A program made the position numbers and the translations under genes. A stretch of 64,000 bases of DNA from Eledone cirrhosa. Taxonomy: Eukaryota. The notes under the pieces were generated by a model, which worked only from the letters and a program-made list of their open reading frames with translations, searched no databases and was not told where the DNA came from. Shown here piece after piece: positions 63,225 to 64,000 of this stretch (position 1 is the stretch's first letter; each line of letters opens with the position of its first letter). The stretch is taken from contig OZ024743.1 in the NCBI GenBank assembly GCA_964016885.1, positions 246,636,001-246,700,000 on the forward strand. The letters are read 5' to 3'.

Positions 63225-64000
63225 CCAGGCACTCACACACACACGTACACACACATCTGAAAATAAACTGTACAAAATATTTGGAAAGTGCATACAAACA
63301 TGCATATGATGCTGTACATCGAGTAGTGCACAAAGAAATATTACGTGAAGAAATACGTAAAAAATACAAAAAACGTACATCTGTGGAATACATCAAAGAT
63401 GCACACAGCATCTCACATAGCGGTATATACGCATATGCAGACACACTTTGATGCACATGTTGACTGAGTTGGCATTATGGTGCTAACGTGAAATAATCCA
63501 CATAATCCTTATAAACAAAATTACATATGGGAAGCTCATAGGAACAATGCAATGGGTGTACTTAAAAGATATATAAAAAGTATATAAAAAATACACATAA
63601 GGTTGTACATGAAAAAATACATAAAGTGTTCCATAATGGAATATGTAGAGAAAATACACACACTACATAAAAGAATGTATATGCAGGGAGTACGGAAGAA
63701 CAGTTTGTAACGGAGTATGTTACTGTGACTGAAATAGAGCAATGTGTGATACGGGATTGAGTATACCCATGGACATTGAACCACTGTGTCCTGGCTACTG
63801 AGACAGCGGTGTTTAAGATAAGGTACAGAGTCAAATGTGCAGCATTAAGTGTGTCGACCTGCCCTACAGGGCATACATAGTCATCAAGGTACGTTGTCAG
63901 GTCCAATGGACCTGCGCCGCCAACCCGACTGACGTCCGCTTCTCCATATGGCTCTAGTTGGGGCCAACCGGAGGTACCCATGTGGAGAGTGTGCACCTTC

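Overview
AT-rich, microsatellite-dense eukaryotic DNA. The repeat families (RTE LINEs with (GAT)n tails, Nin/Deu-domain and CORE/V-like tRNA SINEs, TTAA MITEs) suggest a coleoid cephalopod, probably octopus; this is inferred from repeat content only. The window seems to lie almost wholly inside introns of one minus-strand gene, of which only two phase-0 coding exons are supported (54321-54389 and 746-979). Highlights: (1) an intact RTE-clade LINE (ORF 5776-8895, APE+RT) with a C4HC3 PHD finger inserted inside the RT, preceded by seven near-identical ~411-bp tandem monomers that each begin at a TCAGTT initiator-like motif; (2) about ten minimal type-I hammerhead ribozyme motifs (three near-intact, the rest decayed or partial), often in inverted duplications, typical of Penelope-like or retrozyme remnants; (3) two inverted Tx1/L1-clade copies in TC/TA microsatellites; (4) a tandem dimer of a bipartite non-autonomous RTE; (5) three mariner derivatives, one with 103-bp TIRs that include the transposase C-terminus; (6) a 3.3-kb almost C-free GT satellite. 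Coordinates of decayed repeats are approximate, and identities are judged by eye.
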